A stretch of DNA of 64,000 nt from Octopus sinensis (lineage: Eukaryota): positions 12,586,001 to 12,650,000 of the forward strand of contig NC_043009.1 of the NCBI RefSeq assembly GCF_006345805.1, given 5' to 3'. The notes under the pieces were generated by a model, which saw only the letters and a program-made list of their open reading frames with translations, ran no database searches and was not told the origin of the DNA. Below, piece after piece: positions 60,301 through 64,000 of this stretch. The position numbers and the translations under genes are program-made. Position 1 is the stretch's first letter, and every line of letters begins with the position of its first letter.

Positions 60301-62384
60301 TATATAGGTTATATATAAGTATATATATATATAGGTTATATAAGTATATATATATATAGGTTATATATAAGTATATATATATATAGGTTATAGTATATTA
60401 TATATATATATATATATATATGTTATATATAAGTATATATATATATATAGGTTATATAAATATATATAATTATAGGTATAAGTATATATATATATATAGG
60501 TTATATATAATATATATATATATATAGGTTATAAGTATATATATATATAGGTTATATATAAATATATATTATATATATAGGTTATAAGTATATATATATA
60601 TATAGGTTATATATAAATATATATAGGTTATATATAAGTATAATATATATTAATAGGTTATATAAATATATATATATATAGGTTATATATAAGTATATAT
60701 ATATATAGGTTATAAGTATATATATACATATATAGGTTATATATAAGTGTATATATATATATACATATGTTATATATAAGTGTATATATATATATACATA
60801 TAGGTTATATATAAGTGTATATATATATATATAGCTTATATATATACACACATAACCTTATAAATTATATACTTATATAGATTATATGTAGTCCTGTTAG
60901 TGGTGGTAGTTGTAACACTGCTAACAGAGATAGGATTAGTAATAGTAACTAGCGGCTGTGGCATTGGTAGTCAGTCGAGGTAATATTAGAGAAAGCAGCA
61001 TGGTGGCGAGCTGGCAGAACCGTTAGTGTGCTGGGCAAAATGCTTAGCAACACTTCATCCAGCTCTTCATTCTAAGTTTGAATTTCTGGCCTTGAGCCAA
61101 AATTTGAAATCAATATTGATAGCCATAGTAGCTGTAGTGTTGCTGGTAGTATTGAGTGGTTGTCATGGGGGTATCATTTTGTCAAAGTTAGCTCTGATGT
61201 AGCAAACTTAGACCCCCCCCCCCCCAAATGTATTCCAGCGTTAACCATCTTTTTTACTCATGCCTGGTGTACCTTGGATTACATTATGCTCTTTGACTTC
61301 CCTTTCATTTGCTAAAGACATTAGAAGGATCTTTTCTGGAATCTTTTCGGTTTGACCGGCAGTTTTTTAATATAATTTCCACGTAACTAAACACTTTTAA
61401 ACTTCGTATACTGGTAGAATGTGTTTATAAAACATCTTTTTCTCTTGGCTTTATTGAGAAAATTCTATAGTTTGTAAGATATTTGTTGTTTTTTTCTTCA
61501 ATTTCTGCAATTTCAACCAATCAATGACATCTATTGAAGTAAAAAACATTCTGTGCCGTATGAATATGTCCCTCGTTTAAGAAACAGATTAGGTTTATTT
61601 ACATTTGTGAAGAAAAGATACCCTTCCCCTCACCCCTAACCCTAAAACAGATTGAAATGCAATAGATCGATACTAGGGTCATAATTACGGGTGACAATTT
61701 CATATGACACCACTAGAAAAAACTGCCGTTCAAACCGAAAAGATCCCTGTTCTGTTTTGGCTCACACTTTTCAGTTCCTTTAATTTTGTTCCAATTGATT
61801 TCAAATTTGGTGTATTGTAGTAGATTTGTATATTAGTTATGGAAATGAAATTAATTTTTGTGACGTAAATTAAATAAAAAGTTAATAGCTTTTGAAGTTT
61901 GTGCAAATTTTGGGTAAGGTAATTTTAGCCAATTGAAAACCACAAACATATTGGTGCTTGTTTCTATAGTAACAAGCTAGTGTAGACTGCTTCACGTGTG
62001 TGTGCATGTTTTGAAGAACAGCTATTTTTGGTTGCTATCCTGTCACTTCATTTTCATAATTTTGAATTGTGTGTTTTCCGGGACCTTAGATTTTGTTGTT
62101 CTTTCTTGCAGACCAAGTATCCACTTAGAGGTACTCTTATAGCTCATTGGAAGGAAGTCAGTTTGTTGTATAGTACATGTGATAGTGCAAGAAGTAAGAG
62201 AATGATGGTGATAGCAGTAGTGTACTACATAGGTAGTAGTATGGTTAGTGGCATTAGTAGTGGTGGTGGAGTATGAGAAGTAAATACACTCATGTTTTGC
62301 CACTGAAGAGAAACAATATTTTTGTATTTGCAGAGTTGACTTCAATGTTCCAACCAAGGGCGGCAAGATCACCAACAATCAAAG
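51091..62384 (+). CDS. PGK: Phosphoglycerate kinase, first two coding exons (51091-51152, 62334-62384); gene continues beyond window
   Basis: [21 protein letters not shown]|[17 protein letters not shown] contains the PGK signature RVDFNVP. Phase-2 introns and the 51-nt exon 2 match animal PGK1 gene structure as recalled; donors AG|gtaagc and AG|gtaagt. Confidence 0.95.
51297..51965. repeat. Complex (TA)/(TACA)/(CATG) microsatellite in PGK intron 1
   Basis: About 670 bp of TATACATACATACATGTATGCA-type units. Confidence 0.95.
53191..53442. repeat. Inverted repeat / MITE-like, about 70-bp arms
   Basis: AACAATAATAATATTCTTAACGGGAC...GCAGATATTTG versus CAAATATCTGG...GTCCCGTTAAGAATATTATTATTGTT. Confidence 0.7.
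54183..54589 (+). mobile_element. GGATC-TIR MITE, copy 4
   Basis: Full copy with both TIRs. Confidence 0.9.
54990..56280 (+). mobile_element. Old RTE/BovB-clade LINE fragment (endonuclease to RT)
   Basis: VRFALKN..., ERIMS..., [11 protein letters not shown]...FYDDL endonuclease motifs with many stops. Confidence 0.75.
56281..57160 (+). mobile_element. 5'-truncated RTE LINE (26.6-kb family) inserted after the older RTE
   Basis: [10 protein letters not shown]...KTRQDK* followed by the 3'UTR and GAT tail. Confidence 0.88.
57812..58160. repeat. Near-perfect 349-bp palindrome
   Basis: Arms 57812-57985 and 57990-58160 with a 4-nt centre GTAA. Confidence 0.92.
58324..60289 (-). mobile_element. 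GC-rich RTE (BovB-clade-like) LINE, 5'-truncated, frameshifted RT
   Basis: [89 protein letters not shown] and a C-terminal [21 protein letters not shown] zinc finger. Confidence 0.95.
61327..61746 (+). mobile_element. GGATC-TIR MITE, copy 5
   Basis: Full copy; the first 12 nt of the left TIR are duplicated. Confidence 0.9.
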
Positions 62385-62708
62385 GTAAGTTTTTATTTTA
62401 TTGATCTTTTTAGTGTGTGTGTGGGTGTATTTAATTGCATATGTGTGTGGAGGTGCAAAGCTTAGTGGTTAGTGTTGCACTCATGATAAAATGAATATGG
62501 TTTCAAATCCTGGACTGGGTGATGCATTGTGTTCCTGAGCAAAACACTTTGTGAACTCCATTCCACTCGGCTGGCAAAACTTAGTAATTCTGCAAGAGAC
62601 CGACATCCCATTCAGGAAAGGAATATACACGTCACAGAATTTGGGGAAACTGGCTGTGTGAACCTGTGGCTTGGGTACGACATTTGATCTTTTTTTGATG
62701 TGTATATG

Positions 62709-62742
<34 letters not shown>

Positions 62743-62887
62743 CATGAATGCTTGTGAATTGTATGGAGTAGTTCTCAATTGGCAATGAGAACAAACCCAA
62801 GAATTTCAAGACTATGGCAGCCACACAGAAATCAGTTACCAACAGAAATTTTGAGGGAGATCTCATACTCTGTGGATGCAAAATTCA

Positions 62888-63066
62888 TACAAGGGGTTGC
62901 TGTAAAGTTCATGGCTTTCAGTAAAAGAAAATACTGGAGGATCAATTAATTATGATTTTATTCAACACAAACCCCTCTCAGATTCACACACTTATTGCGG
63001 CAGAACTTCAGTTTTTCTAAGTCCTGTAAATAGAAGTTACACAGTTTGGCCTTCAGCCAGGCCTTT
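62888..63066 (-). mobile_element. mariner transposon 3' end fragment
   Basis: TA|CAAGGGGTTGCTG.AAAGTTC terminus; the minus strand gives a CNKCVNLRG..VE*-like mariner C-terminus. Confidence 0.6.
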
Positions 63067-63125
63067 CAGGGTACCATTATCCTATTTTTGGTAGGATCTA
63101 GCATCGCAAAAATAGAATTCGCTCC

Positions 63126-63612
63126 CTTGATGCTTCTGGTGGAACTGGAAAGACATTTCCTGATTGGTTTATTGCTTGCCAAAATACTTGTCATCATAGA
63201 GATATAACTGTCATGTAGGCTTTTGTTGCAGGCACTTCTCAAATAGTTATACATACAAATCAATAGATATTGTGAATGAGGAAGAGGTAATTCACTATCC
63301 TGCAGAATTTTAAAATTCTTTGTAAACTTCAGATATACCACAACACAGATTTCTGCTAAGGAAAGAGTCCTTAGTGTGGCTGTTGCATAATTTAAATAAC
63401 CATGGTTATGCAATGCTACAAGACTCATGGCTAAGGAGAAAACATGCCACCCTGTCCTCGAGGTTACTATTCTCACTGGGTGCACTGAAGAAGAGAGGAC
63501 AGTTATAGTCAGAATTCCACTCATATCAGCAGATGTGCTCTTTTGATTGAGAGCACTTTATGTGCCCAGTATACTTAAGCTTTGCTGTATCAGTGAAATT
63601 CCAAGGGCAAAT
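63126..63612 (+). pseudogene. Helitron PIF1-like helicase fragments
   Basis: LDASGGTGKTF/LIGLLLAKI (Walker A) and LEVTILTGC...RIPLI...QGQ, internally deleted with stops. Confidence 0.7.
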
Positions 63613-63744
63613 ATCATTCATTGGATTGTGATTTAACCCCTTAAGCATTCAGATTACTCAGTCACATTTAATGCTTATTTATTCACAATGTTTTGAATTA
63701 ATCATGCATTATCTCATAGCATTGAGATTTTGGTGATGCAATTG

Positions 63745-64000
63745 TATGAGGTCTGATCAGTAAGTATCCGGGCTGTTGTAATAGTAATGAAGCTAAAGCA
63801 TTCAAAGTGAAGCCGCTTGGTACAAATTGACCTTGGACTCTGCTGTGCATGCGCACTAAGTTTTCACATTCTGGTTCACTTCCACTGTTTACAGCAGTGC
63901 TTGGAAGGAAGGTGTGTAGCATGTGATCATTACATTGGCCATGACAGAGAAAGTTGTCATGGCAATACCTGCTCAGGGGTCTAACGCAAAGCTGCAGAAA
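63745..64000. mobile_element. mariner-like element end inserted at TA within a piggyBac-type MITE
   Basis: TA|TGAGGTCTGATCAGTAAGTATCCGG mariner-type TIR truncates the MITE that starts at about 63637. Confidence 0.55.

Larger units (their letters stand above)
57330..60860. repeat. (AGGTTATATATAAGTATATATATAT)n minisatellite field, interrupted by a palindrome and an RTE
   Basis: About 25-28-bp units at 57345-57696, 58175-58320 and 60290-60850, all in the same orientation. Confidence 0.92.

Noticed and set aside
34145-62384. AKAP17A and PGK are neighbours here and both are X-linked in human
   Set aside because: The human genes lie far apart in different X regions and ERCC1 is autosomal; without synteny data this is probably coincidence.
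63066-63524. 152-aa minus-strand ORF as a host gene
   Set aside because: The opposite strand carries Helitron helicase motifs, and the ORF has no recognisable domain.

Overview
AT-rich, intron-rich animal genomic DNA, most likely an octopus; the taxon is inferred from the SINE, RTE and microsatellite landscape and is not proven. Three host genes were assembled by hand from GT-AG exons. ERCC1 is on the minus strand (9 coding exons, 33375 down to 620; the last exon lies left of the window). AKAP17A is on the plus strand, head-to-head with ERCC1 (4 coding exons, 34145-40193, 484 aa). PGK contributes its first two exons (51091-51152, 62334-62384). The rest is transposon-derived: tRNA-derived SINEs, several RTE and other LINE fragments, decayed hAT, Chapaev-like, mariner and Helitron pieces, piggyBac-type, mariner-type and unclassified MITEs, and large TA-rich satellites. 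The most notable unexplained structure is in an ERCC1 intron at 15721-16132. It is a 335-bp, hairpin-dense unit with about 78 bp of terminal redundancy that carries a type I hammerhead ribozyme core, which is the architecture of a non-LTR retrozyme or Penelope-type LTR. Degenerate Penelope-type hammerhead cores also occur at about 13.5-13.9 kb and 4.1-4.3 kb. All coordinates were counted by eye, and repeat boundaries are approximate.
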